A DNA stretch of 64,000 nucleotides from the human T2T-CHM13v2.0 reference genome, Homo sapiens: assembly GCF_009914755.1 (NCBI RefSeq), contig NC_060927.1; one strand, given 5' to 3'. Position numbers and translations under genes: made by a program. The notes under the pieces were generated by a model. The model searched no databases. It saw only the letters and a program-made list of their open reading frames with translations, and was not told the origin of the DNA. Positions 28,456-41,009 of this stretch are shown piece after piece. How positions within the stretch are numbered: the first letter of the stretch is position 1; every line of letters begins with the position of its first letter.

Positions 28456-29189
28456 CACAGGTTCCAGAGTTAATCTACTCCTGAACGGACTAAGAGCTAT
28501 TATTCTCCCACATTGTGGAGAGGCAGGGCATGATCTGGGACTTTCTGACCCCTTGAAGACTAGCTTTTCTCCTGTAATTCTTTAGAGCCTGGGCCGCCCT
28601 TTGGTGGACTTTGGAGTCTGGTTCATTCCAGGACCTTCAAAGGCCTGACAACAATGTGCAAGGGGTCAGCAGGAACATGGTGAAGACAGTTGTTGTCAGC
28701 CCGCCAAAGATGGAAATGATTTGGATTTTTTAGTCTTTCGAGGATTGAAACAAAATAAGGAGCATAGCTTTATATTGGGGAAGCTTGGCTGTCCTCATGT
28801 AAACTCAAGAATGTTGATGTGAGTTGGCTTACACTACTCATACTCATCCTGCCTACTCCAGTAGATGACTGGTCACTCCTGCTGTGAGTTTTGGCTAGTT
28901 CAGCTTTCAGCAGAGATACCAATGATCCTTCACGTAAAAAAACAAAAACAAAAAACAAAAAAAAAACCTCACTTCTTCTATGCCAAGCTTGAGTAAGAAT
29001 GTAAAACAGCCTTAGGTGCCCAAATCTGTGACTCTCTGGATTGGGCTTCTTTATCTTACACACAGATATATTCATCAGGACACAGTCAGCTTGGGAGCAC
29101 TGGATCAAGACCACTGCTGGGGTCAACCTCTTTATGACTCAAAGTTACCCTTGTCTACACAGGTAATGGGGTGGTTTTTTTTTTTTCAA

Positions 29190-29615
29190 ATCTCTTGTTT
29201 GTCAGGAAGGGACAGGCTACGGGAACAAACAATCCCAAAGTCTCAGTGACTTAATACAAAAGAACTTTACTTACCTTCCTTGCAAAGTCTTCAGCAGGTC
29301 CAGGTGATTCCCTAGGGCAGCTGTCCTGCTGGCAGCCACTGAGAATATCAGACTGTTTTCAACAAGAGGCCTCCTCCAGGATTGTTGGAGCAGGAGAATA
29401 GAGAGGAGTAACAGTTTTACACAGGCCTTCTGCTTCAGCTCTGAAGTGATGCGCTTCAGCTCTGAAATGACGCGCTTCATCTCTGCTTTCCTTTCACTGG
29501 CCAGATCTAGTCATATGGCCCAGAAAACTAGAAGGGCCTGTGAAGCATGATCTTTCAGGTCCTCAGGAAGTGGAGGAAAAGTGGGTTTTGGGGAACACCG
29601 ATAATATTTACCACA
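29190..29615 (-). mobile_element. MLT1 LTR
   Basis: 'aacaaacaatcccaaagtctcagtgacttaatacaa', 'cactggccagatctagtcatatggcc'. Confidence 0.75.
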
Positions 29616-30291
29616 AACTACCAAGAGAAAACAGCTTGGTGGTTCTCCTTCTTATGGAAAAACCAAGACTACTCACTCTGCACTTACCATTCAAACAGAC
29701 ATTATTCCAGTGATTAAAAAGAGATTTGCTTTTTGTACCAAGCTTGTGGTACAACTTGAATTTTCTCTGTCTAATGAAGGAAAATAAAATTGCCAATATA
29801 ATATTTGGTAGAAGACCCTTCTGGTAGGATAATGGTTAGACTATGACCCAATAATGTCATAGAGGGGAAAAAATAATGTTTCAAGGCCTTGGGCCATTTA
29901 AGCAATGACTTAGAGATAGAAATGCTTATAGACAGCATGATTAGTATGAAATAAGAAAACTGCTCAGTCGTTAAGTATCTTTGAAAGGGATGCTAACCAC
30001 CTGGGAAACTTATTTCCTAACTCTTTAGGATTGGTGATGAAATAACACTCAGGTCCTTGAATAGAGTTGTCCATTTTTTCAAGGAAGATCCGTGGTTGCC
30101 TACTATAGGTTAGGCATTAAAGTAGATGGGGATATTAATATAGATAAGGCATGGGTCAAACCCTTAGAAAACTCATGATCCAGTGGGAGATACTAACTTA
30201 AAAAATGAAACTTCTACAAAATGTGGAAATTGTAATGTAGAGACTCGTACAAGGTGAAGTGATAGCTGTGAGGTCCGAAAAGGCATCAGGC

Positions 30292-30478
30292 ATTTATTTT
30301 TTATTGACAAATAAAAGTTGTATATATGTATAGTATACAACTTGAGGCTTTGATATATGTATATATTGTGGAATGGATAAATTAAGCTAATTAACATATG
30401 CATTACCTCACATACTTGTCTTTTTTGTGTGTATGGTGAGAACTCTTAAAAATCTACTCTCTTAGCCATTTTCAAGTC
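30292..30478 (-). mobile_element. L1MA8/9-like 3' end
   Basis: 'attgacaaataaaagttgtatata..aagctaattaacatatgcattacctcacata..tctactctcttagccattttcaag'. Confidence 0.88.
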
Positions 30479-30554
30479 AAGAGGAAACCTTTAAACTCAA
30501 TCTAGAAAAATGAACACGTGATAATCAGGTAGATATGGGGATAAGAGTATTCCA

Positions 30555-30853
30555 GGCCAGGCACGGTGGCTCACGCCTGTAATCCCAGCACTTTGGGAGG
30601 CTGAGGTGGGCAGATCACCTGAGGTCGGGAGTTTGAGACCAGACTGACTAACATGGAGGAACCCCGTCTCTACTAAAAATACAAAATTAGCCAGGCCTGG
30701 TGGTGCATGCCTGTAATTCCAGGTACTCAGGAGGCTGAGGCAGGAGAATTGCTTGAACCCAGGAAGTGGAGGTTGTGGTGAACTGAGATTGCACCATTGC
30801 ACCAGCGTGGGCAGCAAGAGCAAAACTCCTTTAAAAAAAAAAAAAAAAAAAAA
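30555..30853 (+). mobile_element. Alu (AluSp-like), full length
   Basis: 'gaggtcgggag..aacatggag', poly-A tail, TSD aa(g/a)agtattcca at 30543-30554 and 30851-30862. Confidence 0.97.
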
Positions 30854-31407
30854 AGTATTCCAGGTAGTGAAAGCACTGTGTAAAGGCACAGAGATGTAAA
30901 ACGGTAGAAAAGAAAGAAGGGATGAAAAAGAAAAAAAAAAGCAAGTAAGCTGGAGAATAAAGTATGAGGGGGTGAAGCATGTGATTTGGCCAGAGTGGTA
31001 GGCAAGGGCCAAGCCTTGGGGAATCTTGTTTGCTATGTTAAGGAATTTGGGCTTTATTCTGAGGACAATGGGATGCCATTGAAAGGTTTAATGCAGGAAG
31101 TTTACATTTAATTACCCAGTTTTCTCTGGTAGCTGGCAGGAGAATGGGTTAGAGATGTTGAGACTAGAAGCAGAGAGCCTCGTGAAGAAGCTGATGAGCT
31201 GTCCAGGTAAGAGTTGATGAAATCTACACTAGGAAGTGGGCCCTAGAGGTAAAGACAAGACCTACTGGGTCTGGCATTGGGTAGTAGACAGAAAGGAATA
31301 GCACCCTGTCACTTCTGATCCTGCTTGACTTAGGGGTCCAGGAGAAGGTATTGTGAGGGAGGATGCATTAAAAACCATATGAAGATTTCTAAGTCCAGTC
31401 TGGTAGC

Positions 31408-31834
31408 TGTAGTGGATGTGCTTGGTACCTTGTTCAGTACCATTTATTATGCTGAAGTACCCATCCCCCAGCTGCTGCAAGTGTGGGCTGCTGAAGGCTC
31501 ACAGATGCATCCATTCTCCAGAGAACTGTCCTCAGATGCTTGGTCCTGGAAGTTGCACATGCCCTGCTCTGGGCAAGCCTACAGTCAATAATGAACTCCT
31601 ATGGGGGCACAAAGGTTGCACCTAAAGGTGACGAATACTTTGCATTGTAATTTATCTTCAGAGCCCTCTGTGGATTGAGTCAAGTCTAGACTCTGAGACC
31701 ATAGCTTTGCTTAGCTCCTTCCTTTGCCTTATCCTACTCCCTCCTCCCTTTCCCTGAGAGTTCTCCCATAGTATATTGTGTGCACCAAAAACCTTGTTTC
31801 AACCTGTGCTTCCGCTCAGAGGAAACCCAAGACA
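31408..31834 (+). mobile_element. LTR16-type (ERVL) solo LTR
   Basis: 'tgtagtggatg..cccatcccccagctgctg..ggctgctgaaggctcacag', ending 'aacccaagaca'. Confidence 0.78.
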
Positions 31835-32382
31835 CCAGGAAATGGTGGAGATGGAAGTTAATAAAATATTGGGGGGAAAAAATCTCCCAGCAGCTACCCA
31901 TATGAGGATGAGAATTAGAGAACATAGTCTGAGAGTATAATATTTGGAGGTAAATGATGCAATGAAATGGAGGGACAGATATCCTTATCCTCTTGCCAAG
32001 TTTATGAAAGAGAATTCAGATTCTTCAAAGCATGCATATGTGTGCTCTGCCCTTAGTGGCATGGACTGCTACTGCTACTTGGGGCCCCAAACATCTATGG
32101 GGCTGAGTTTCAAGTCCCTTTTGATGAAAATTCCAAGGACCAGGCGATATTGCTCATCTGTTTACAAAGCAGATGTGGGAGGTTGTAGAAGGCTGAGGGC
32201 TGATTTGAAGTGTGCTATTCTCCTCTTCTTTCAGTAGAGGTGACCTGGGCATTGAACCTGCAGTTGTTGGACCTCAGTCACCTTATCTGAAAAGATAAGG
32301 GGTGGGACTAGCTAATCTTATTCTCTGCCAGACCTGGGATTTAATTCTGTTTTCTGAAATGAAATTGCAAATGCTAAGAACA

Positions 32383-32402
32383 TCTCTCTTTCTCTCTCTT
32401 TT

Positions 32403-32450
<48 letters not shown>
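32383..32450. repeat. CT-rich tract ending in poly(T)33
   Basis: Directly visible. Confidence 0.97.
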
Positions 32451-32452
<2 letters not shown>

Positions 32453-33078
32453 CTAGGTGGCTCCTAAGGCTGTGGGCTTCAGAAATAGATAAAAATTTTC
32501 CCTAGCTCACTCCTCCCCCTTTTCTAAGCCATCTCTTTACAAAGCCTTCAGCTCCCTCCCGTCCCCTTTATGCTGAATAACACTACCTGTGTGGGTAGAA
32601 GTCATTTTTAGCCTCTGTGTCTGGGTCGAAGGCTCCAAGCCTAGTTTTCCTATTGTTTTGCTGTCTCCTGTTCAAAGCTGCCCTTACCTTGCTGAGTACG
32701 CTGGCCAGGAGGAAGCCTGCGCCAGTATGGAGGGTGGCATTTGTAGTTTCTCTCCTCCCACACTGAAAAAGCATCAAGTTGCTGGCATGCAGAACAATAC
32801 TAAGAGGGGCTGGCTGGGATTTTTATTTTGGACTTCCTGTTCCAAAAAGGTTTGCTTCATTTTGGCATGGAGACAAAACACAACTACCCCCTTTAGCAAA
32901 CACTATAAAACCATCTCCAGACAAAACCTCCCTTGGTGCTTTAATTGGGCAGCTGTAAGGAACCAGGTCCAGGTTTATGGTGAGGGCTTATGTGTAAGGA
33001 TGAGGCACTCCAGGTCATTTGAGACACTGTGGGTTGTTTTGACTTTTTATTTTAGCTCTTGGTCTTATGAGTGAACAC

Positions 33079-33300
33079 GGGGAGGGAGTAAGGGAGAGGA
33101 AATGCGGGGAGAGAGTGGCAAAAGAGAGAAGCAGAGGAAAGGGAGCTAATAGGGGTAGAGATGATGAAGATGGTGGCAAGAAGAATAAAGAAAACCACTG
33201 AGGGAGGAAAGGGAGAAAAAAAAGAAGTAGGGAGAAGGGAGAATTAGAGAAAGAGAGAGAAATAGAGGTGTGGATGAATTCAGAAATAGCGAGGGAAATC
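33079..33300. repeat. GA-rich low-complexity tract
   Basis: Directly visible purine bias. Confidence 0.85.
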
Positions 33301-33654
33301 TTGCTCTTTGCAAAGAATTTTGGAATGGGGGACTCTGGGCTGTTGCATAATCATTTTGAGACAGGGTGGTCATGGGTGAGAAAAACTGGTAAAAAAATGT
33401 GAAAACTTTTCTTACATTTTGGCAGACCCAGGATAGAAAGAAATGAGGAATGTAAGTGGCAGAGCTGAGTTTTAAGCCCAAAGTGTCCTGGCTTCTTAAT
33501 CCATCTTTCAAGCACATTCTCACCCATCCAGGCACCAGAGTATTCCTAGGGGCTGCTTTCCTTTAAAAGGGCATGGGATCACGACCTTTCTACTGACTCT
33601 GCTGAGTGCAGCAGGAAAGGGGATAGTTTGGTGGTCTCTATGGAAACTTAGGAC

Positions 33655-33790
33655 ACTGGGCTCTGCCTCTGTCGCTTGCCAGCTATGTTGCTTTGGGCAA
33701 TTGCCTGACCTTTCTCAGCCTCAGCTCCCTCAGGTGTAAACTAGGGATAGTAATAGTACTAATTGGACAGTATTGTTCAGCATAGGAGAG
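33655..33790 (+). mobile_element. MIR SINE
   Basis: 'gctctgcc..cagctatgttgctttgggcaa..gcctcagctccctcaggtgtaaa'. Confidence 0.65.
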
Positions 33791-35802
33791 TCCTTAGTGC
33801 ATTGTTTTCTCCTGCTTTCTCTCGTAACTTTCCAGGAGAGTTCCCTGGGTGACTGTGGAGTCTATGGTTTCTTTCCTACACAGTCTGATTCTCTAGGCTT
33901 CCAGGAATAAGGTCTCTCTCCAGCACTGGGTTGGTACCTCCAGCTGGGCCCCAGCGACATGACACTGTCTCTTTGGTGACTATGGAGCTTTAGTCAGTCT
34001 TGGTTTAGCCATTGTAAAGGGGTCAGCGATTGTGATGGGGTTTCATGCCCAGAAGTTGATGCCACAGCAACTCTAGTCCCCTCTTGGCCCCTCGTAGTCC
34101 TCTATACTACTATTTTGTAGGCACTGGACATGCTAAAGAGCCTTGGTGGTCAGAATGAGGCTGGGCAGCTAGATTCCACCCTCTGCTCAGCCAGCGCAAG
34201 ACGAAGTGCAGCCTGTGCTCTTGTTCACTGATGGTGAGATGAAATCAGTGAAGTAGATAACTTCCCCATGCCACAGTCAGAGCTGGTTTCTTCTTCTACA
34301 CTTTGGACTTATTGCCGTTTTGGCTCACCATTCCTTAGTTCTAGTTGTTTGTTTGTTTGTTTTTGCCCTGAGTTGGAGCTTCTTATGGTCATGAAGCAGT
34401 GTGTCTCAGGTGATCATCAGGCAGAGAACAGAGAATTTGCACTGCCAGACAGAGGACACAGTGCCATGATCCCATGTAATCTTTTAAATTGGTTAGAGAG
34501 TCTCTAGACCAACATCCTCATTGTAAATTGCTTTCCTAATACTATCATTTACCAAACCACACCAGGGCCAGGCTCCATACTATAGATGTCTCATTATATC
34601 CTTACCACATTGCCCTTAGGTTGGCAGGAATGGACTGCTCCATTTTCAGTGCAGATACAGGGAGGCTCAGAGAAGTGAAGGCCCTTGCTCATAAATGGTG
34701 GAACCCGAACGGGGAAGATAGAAGTCCTCCAGAGTCACAGACCCAGAGCTCCCAGGCAGAGTCCTGTGGAATTCTGGGTATTGGACACTTTCAGGTGAGT
34801 CAATGTGGATGATAGAAAAAGCTCCCTGGCCTTTGGCAGAGGTCAGAGTGGTGGCGATGGGCCCCTCTGCTGAGGTTAGCATGGGTAGGGATCCTGGCTT
34901 TGTCATTACTATACAGTAGTGGTGATGAATTTTAAGAAACATGCCAAAAGGAGAGTGGTAAGACCTCAGGCTGAGGTGACTTTTGTCATAGAATTCTAGA
35001 AATTTGGTTTCAACTGTTGCTTCTTAAGGGTAAAAAAGGAATAGATAAGCTTTCCCTTTCCTTGCAAATGTACCCCCTGGAGCTTCAGAGAGAGCTAGAT
35101 TGCACTGCTGGGATAGCTAAGGAGGCTGCTTTGCCTCCTTTGCTTAACTGCTTCCCGGGGTCCAGGTGGCATGCCCCACACTAGGCATTGTAGCTGTCCT
35201 TTTCACAAAGAAGAAACAGAGAACAATATTATGTAGGAAGATATTTATTTTCTATACCTTTTGCCTGTCTGGGATGCTGGGTCTCTGCCAGGGCTGGAGA
35301 AATTAAGGGAGAATTGTGTTCTTGTATTCCCTAGGGCTATTTTATGTGCCCAGGCACTTGGCTCAGGCCTCTCTACAGCACTAATCAGTTTGCATTACAA
35401 GAGTCTGTTTCCAAGGTTGTCTCCGCCACTGTACTGTGAACTCCCACTGAGCCATGGGCCAAACCTGACTCATTGTTCTCTATGAGCACAGAACCTGCTG
35501 TGGGATAAGTTGGGAAGAAGGCATTTAGGACTGAGTTAGAAGATGGCATTACCTTGGTACCCTCATCACAATTTCAGATCTGGCCCTCCCCCTACAAATG
35601 CAGAAATACAGACCCAGCCATGAACCAGAGTTCCAGGGATGCAAATATGCCAAGGAGCTCCCAAGAGACAAAGGAACTGAATCAGTAAGTTAGTTTCACT
35701 ATAGGAAATAGATCCCTTTAAACTCAGGGTGTTGGAATAGGCCAGGCCAGGACATTATCTCCCTGTCTCCCTGTGAACAAACCTGCAGTAGATAGCATAG
35801 GC

Positions 35803-35982
35803 CAGTGGTTCTCAGTCTTGAAGAGAATCAAAATCACCTGTAGGATTTGTTAGAACACAGATGGGTGGGCCCCACTCCTGAGTTTCTTCTGATTCAGTAG
35901 GTCTGGGATGGGGCCTGAGAATTTGCATTTCCAACATCTAATGCCATAGATCCAGGGACCTTCACTTTGAGAGTCGCCACTT
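35803..35982 (-). mobile_element. MER5A (hAT-Charlie)
   Basis: 'cagtggttctca..tctgattcagtaggtctgggatggggcctgagaatttgcatttc..cactttgaga'. Confidence 0.9.
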
Positions 35983-37614
35983 TAGGTTAATATGGGGATT
36001 ACGTAAGGAGGGGAACTTGGCTTCAGTGATCCCCAAAGGCTGGGGATCTCTGAAAAATCTGGACATTTGATCAGCTGAATATATATCACATTGCTCCTGC
36101 TCTTTTTTCACTTGTATCCTTCTTGCAAAACTAACCAAAGCAATAAAAAAATTCACAACAACAAAAATGATCCTAAACAATAATATCAAGCATCACAAAA
36201 AAGATAAGTAAGAACAAAGCTGTATCCTTGGTGTTGTAAAATGGTTTTGCATCGTATTTTTAGTTGGAAGTAACCCCAGCTCAAGACCAGAAACTCCTCT
36301 GGTATGGTCCAGGTGGGCTAGATCTTTGCCAGCAAGATCCCCAGCCCAAGGGCCTGGAGGTGGATCAGGTAGCTTGGCTGCTCAGAGGAAACCATGCCAG
36401 GAAGCTGGTGTGAGGATGAACCGCAATCCACACCTGTTTTCTCCTCAGCACAGCTGTCTCCTAAGGCATGGACACCTCACCATCTGTGCCTTTAACATGT
36501 GAAACACATTTTAAAATATACTATTTAATTTAAAATGATATTTGTCAGCTCGCTGCTGTGCCAGCTCCCTCTGCACAGAAGTGTTGCTGACAGAGCTTTA
36601 GTACAAAGAGAAGCAGGCCTGCAGGGTCAGCTGGCCAGGGACATAGAGGCTGGGCAACAGTGTGGAAGTTCATGGTGAAGCTGGCAAGCTTTTTATAGCC
36701 AGCAGTCATACCCTCACCTTGTCCTCCGAGACCTGGGACCCTCTAGAGGTCCAGGGTTACACAGTTTAAGGTATTGATGTTTCCGGAAGGAATGGCACCT
36801 TTGAAACTCTGTGAATTTCTCCATTCTTTCTCCTAACTGCAGTACAGATCCTGTGGGTAAATATTAATCAATCAATATGTCTACCTAAGAAAGCCCCTAA
36901 TAACACATGAGCTACTATTGCTAAGACACATCCTCCCTGAAAGCTGTCCCAGTACTCCATCTCAGAGCTAGGATGCACCTTCTTCTTTCAAAGTCCATTT
37001 TATGCCTCTGTTCAGCCAGTTTGCTTCCCTCCGTTGTGGAAATTCAGAGGATTTTTCACAGCCTGGGTATGACAGACTTGTTCCCACTGTGCTATGAATT
37101 CATGCCTGCTCAGACTGCACCACCTTCCCATAAGGAGGTGTTAGGGGTGTCATCTGGGCTTTTAGCTCTGTTGTCAGCTTCGAAATAAATTGTAACCACA
37201 ATTTGTAGCACAGGGAGGTGGTGAGGGAGGAATGGAGGGAGCAACAGAGAGATAGCTGAATTGTGGACAAATATGCTCTCTGATCAGTTTCTAGAAAAAT
37301 CTTCCCAGGTAATTGTGTGCCTCAAGCCTAGGGTTGTTGTACATGGATTTTCTGCAAATTTTTATAGCTCATAGCCTAACTTACAGTTTGAAGGGAGAAG
37401 GGCCACCAGGTGGGGCTAAAGAGAGGCTTGTTTTGGATGAGGCAGAAGTCCACAGACTTATTTTGTTGTCTTGGAAAAGAGTTTACTTTTAATATCTTAA
37501 AATGAAAGTTAAGACCTAGTAAGTCTTTGCAGTTCATATTTCTTCTACAGAAATGGTCCCTGCTTTTAAGAGTATTAAGCATTGTACCTTTAATCTCAAA
37601 CCAACTCTATGCAA

Positions 37615-37800
37615 CCTGCCTTCCTGCCTTCCCTCCTTCCTGCCTTCCTTCTCTCCCTTTGTCCCCCCTTCTTCCCTTCTTCCTCCTTTTCTTTCCTCCT
37701 TTTCTCCCTTCTTTTCTTACTTCTTTCTTTTCTTCCCTTTCCTTGCTCCTTCCCTCCCATCCTTCCATTTCTCTTTTTCCTCCTGCCCTACCGCCCCCTC
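37615..37800. repeat. Degenerate (TTCC)/CT-rich tract
   Basis: Directly visible. Confidence 0.92.
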
Positions 37801-38461
37801 ATTCTGATGTAATGATTCATTTATCTGTTGAGACAATCCAATTTGCCTCCTTTCCACCAAGCACTATTTCAGGGAGTAGCTATGAATAAAACCCCTTGGA
37901 TTCTGAAAGGAAGGGCAGAGCAGCTCACTGTCTCATGTCAGAGTTCACTGCTCTAGACTGATTAGCATTATTACTTCAGAGAAATGCCTTCAGCAAGATT
38001 CCAACTGGATATTTGTATAGCATTTTCCAGGGAGATATTAACAGTTCTCAGAATAATCTGGTAGTTTGATTTCACTGATGTACTTGTGATTTGTCCTTTT
38101 CTGAGAATTTGAACTTTTTTTTCCACTTTAAAACATAATAGAATAGTTTTACATGTCATGCTTTGAAATGTAAATATTTTCAAGTTCTGAGTGTACAGAT
38201 AATAAATAATGCTCTAAAGTTTTAGATTAATTGGTAATTAATTTTTGCAAAGAGCTTTGAGATGGAAAGTGCTGCATTTCATCATGTCAAATTAGCATTG
38301 ATTACAGAGATTTTTAAGTTTAACACCATGCAAATGCTGGCTTTTTCAGACTTATAAAATTGTATTTCTAGAACAAAGGGGTGCTTCTTTAGAATCTTAC
38401 GTCAATTGTTGGATAGATGAGAGAATCAATGACCTTGATGAACATAGCAATCAGTCTGATA

Positions 38462-38485
38462 GTGCGTGCGCGCGCATGCGCACGT

Positions 38486-38529
<44 letters not shown>
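38462..38529. repeat. Compound (GC/GT)n-(CA)n alternating purine-pyrimidine tract
   Basis: 68 bp of uninterrupted R/Y alternation. Confidence 0.97.
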
Positions 38530-38532
<3 letters not shown>

Positions 38533-38839
38533 AGAATTTTGACTGCATTGGGAAAACAATTCTGCATCACATTATGGGCATTCTAGAGTGTGGAAAATGG
38601 CAATGAAAAGTGACTCATTGTGGCAGCCCACAAATCCACTCTTCCTCACACATTGAATGAGATAATACAATTAATTGAGCACATATGTTGATTCAGCCTT
38701 CAAAGGTTAAGAATAACCAGGCAAGAGCCATGGGAAGGCAGACAAGCCCTCAGGAAAGTACCTTACAAAGTGGTGACAATGAGCACAGACCATGATGCCT
38801 CATGGGGACAGCACCAGCTGTGGAATCACAGAAATAAGA

Positions 38840-39340
38840 ATCACTATTCTCTCATCTGCCTACTGCCTACGTGACCCTGGGAACAGTTACCCAGCCTTCT
38901 TGAGTCTGTTTCCTCTCTGAAAGATGAGATCACAAGACCTATCTCGGGGCTGTTTTAAGTAAATGAGGTAAATGAACATAGCACTCAGCATAGTGCCTGG
39001 CACATTTTCCATACGTGTTATCCTATGGCTAATGATGCCTAGGGACACCCAGGGAAGGTTTCCTCAAATTGTCACAGGGGATGAGAACCCTTCAGGGTAA
39101 AAGTGTTTGAGACAGTAAAACACAATTTATCCAGCAATAAAAATAACACACTTGCATCCTGCTTTGGAGTTTACAAAGCACACAGTTATACTTTCATGGT
39201 GTCCTCACGACTTCCTTGTGAGATCAAGACAAGTAAAATTTTCCCAAAGCAGGTATGAGAAGGCCGAGTGATTTGTCCACCGGCAAACACAGCCTGAAAT
39301 CCAGATCTTTTGATTCCAAGCCCAGTGCTATTCTGCTACA
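38840..39340. mobile_element. Two MIR fragments in opposite orientation
   Basis: 'gtgaccctggg..ctgtttcctc..agcactcagcatagtgcctggcaca' (+). 'gtttacaaagcac..agtgatttgtcca..tcttttgattccaagcccagtgct' (-). Confidence 0.7.
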
Positions 39341-40261
39341 TCCTTGCAGGTACCAATAGGCATCCCAGGGTGTAAAAGGAAGGAACCAGGGTCATCTTAG
39401 TCCTGGGGTAGAGAAATCATTTTCTCAGAGAGAGAGAGGACTGCCATATTTCTCGTTCTATGAGTAGTCAAAGAACCATTCTTTGGCACACACACACAGA
39501 CACACAGATGCAGACAAACACACACACAGAGACACAGATATACACATCCATATTCCAGAAGACCCTGACAGCTAGTGAAGACCATTTACCAGGTGCCTAT
39601 AATACATAAAATAAGGAAAATGTCATTTTCAAAGGCTAATCCCCACTTTTTTATGATGCAAACAAGAAATTCTGATTTTGAGCCTGGTAGAAGGAGGGAA
39701 AAACTTGCTTGGTGATTCTAGAAATGTGGCAGTGGCATGCTAATCTGGGTACAAAGGTTATGCACATTTTATTTTCCCCCCAGAGCTATCATCTTTCTCA
39801 CAGCTTGTTTCCTTCTCTTTTTATGAAATGTTGCTGGTGAATGCAGAGGACTTTTATTTTGTTAAAAGGAGCTTTATTTGAGACATGTTTCCTTAACGAC
39901 AGACTTTTTATATATAGAAACAGCACTGCCTGATATTTTTAAAACTTCTTCTGGAATCAAAATCTAAGTCACTTTATATTGGGTAAGTTCGGGGGTCGGT
40001 GAAAGGGGTCCACGACATCCTTTAATCACTGGGCTCCTAGACAACTGGGCTGCAAATTGCTTCACCAGTTCTCTTTGTGAATTCCATGCCTGCTACAGAC
40101 CTGGCAGCAATCTGTACCAGGAAGGCTGGAGAGGATGCTGGCAGCTGTCACCTCATCTCTCATCACCTTCTAGTTCTTTCCTTCTCTCTTTCTCCTCCTT
40201 TTTCCTTTGCTTCCCTCTAGCTTAGCAGTTTAATAGCATACTAGATTCTTCTCCATAAATA

Positions 40262-40400
40262 GATCCCAAGCTTGGCTGCATCACCAGTCACTTGGATAAG
40301 CTAATTAAAACTATAGATTCAGGGGCCTCATCCCAGATATTCTGAATTAGACCTGAGAGTCTGGATTTCTAAGCTTCTTCCCAGGTGATTCTAAGCCTGC
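40262..40400. mobile_element. MER5-family fragment
   Basis: 'cttggctgcatcaccagtcac..cccagatattctga..cccaggtgattcta'. Confidence 0.7.
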
Positions 40401-40441
40401 CAGCCTGTCCTGTTCTTTGATCATATAAAGAACAACTTATT

Positions 40442-40691
40442 GACTGGGCACGGTGGCTCACGCCTATAATCCCAGCACTTTGGGAGGCCAAGGTGGGCGG
40501 ATCACTTGAGGTCAGGAGTTCGAGACCAGCCTAGCCAACATGGTGAAACGCCATCTCTACTAAAAATACAAAAATCAGCCGGGCATGGTAGTGCGCGTCT
40601 GTAATCCCAGCTATTCAGGAGGCTGAGGCAGGAGAATCGCTTGAACTGGGGAGGCAGAGGTTGCAACAGAGCGAGATTCCATCTCAAAAAA
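40442..40691 (+). mobile_element. Alu (AluS-type) with ~37-bp right-arm deletion
   Basis: Dimer with junction 'gaggttgca|acagagcgag'. Diverged TSD aaagaacaa.. at 40427 and ~40689. Confidence 0.95.
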
Positions 40692-40702
40692 GAACAAATT
40701 CC

Positions 40703-41009
40703 TTATTTATTCATTTATTTATTTTTGAGATAGGGTGTCACTCTGTTGCCCTGACTGGAGGGCAGTGGCATGATCACAGCTCACTGCAGCCTCAAACTCT
40801 TGGGCTTATGTGATCCTTTCACCTTAGCCTCTTGAGTAGCTGGGGCTACAGGTGTGTGCCACCACACATGGCTAATTTTTAAAAATTTTTTATAGAGACG
40901 GAGTCTTGCTTGTTGCTCAGACTGGTTTTGAACTCCTGGCCTCAAGTGATCCTCCCACCTCAGCCCCCTGAAGTGCTGGGATTACAAGTGTGAGCCACTG
41001 TGCCTGACC
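40703..41009 (-). mobile_element. Alu (AluJ-type)
   Basis: (ATTT)n tail and J-type 'gatcacagctcactgcagcctcaaactc'. Confidence 0.95.

Larger units (their letters stand above)
30100..31250 (-). mobile_element. L2 hosting nested L1MA and Alu insertions
   Basis: 'aactcatgatccagtggg', 'aggaatttgggctttattctgaggacaatgggatgccattgaaaggttt'. Confidence 0.7.

Noticed and set aside
32589-33074. 161-aa ORF in non-repeat DNA
   Set aside because: GTG start, no recognisable domain and no supporting gene structure.
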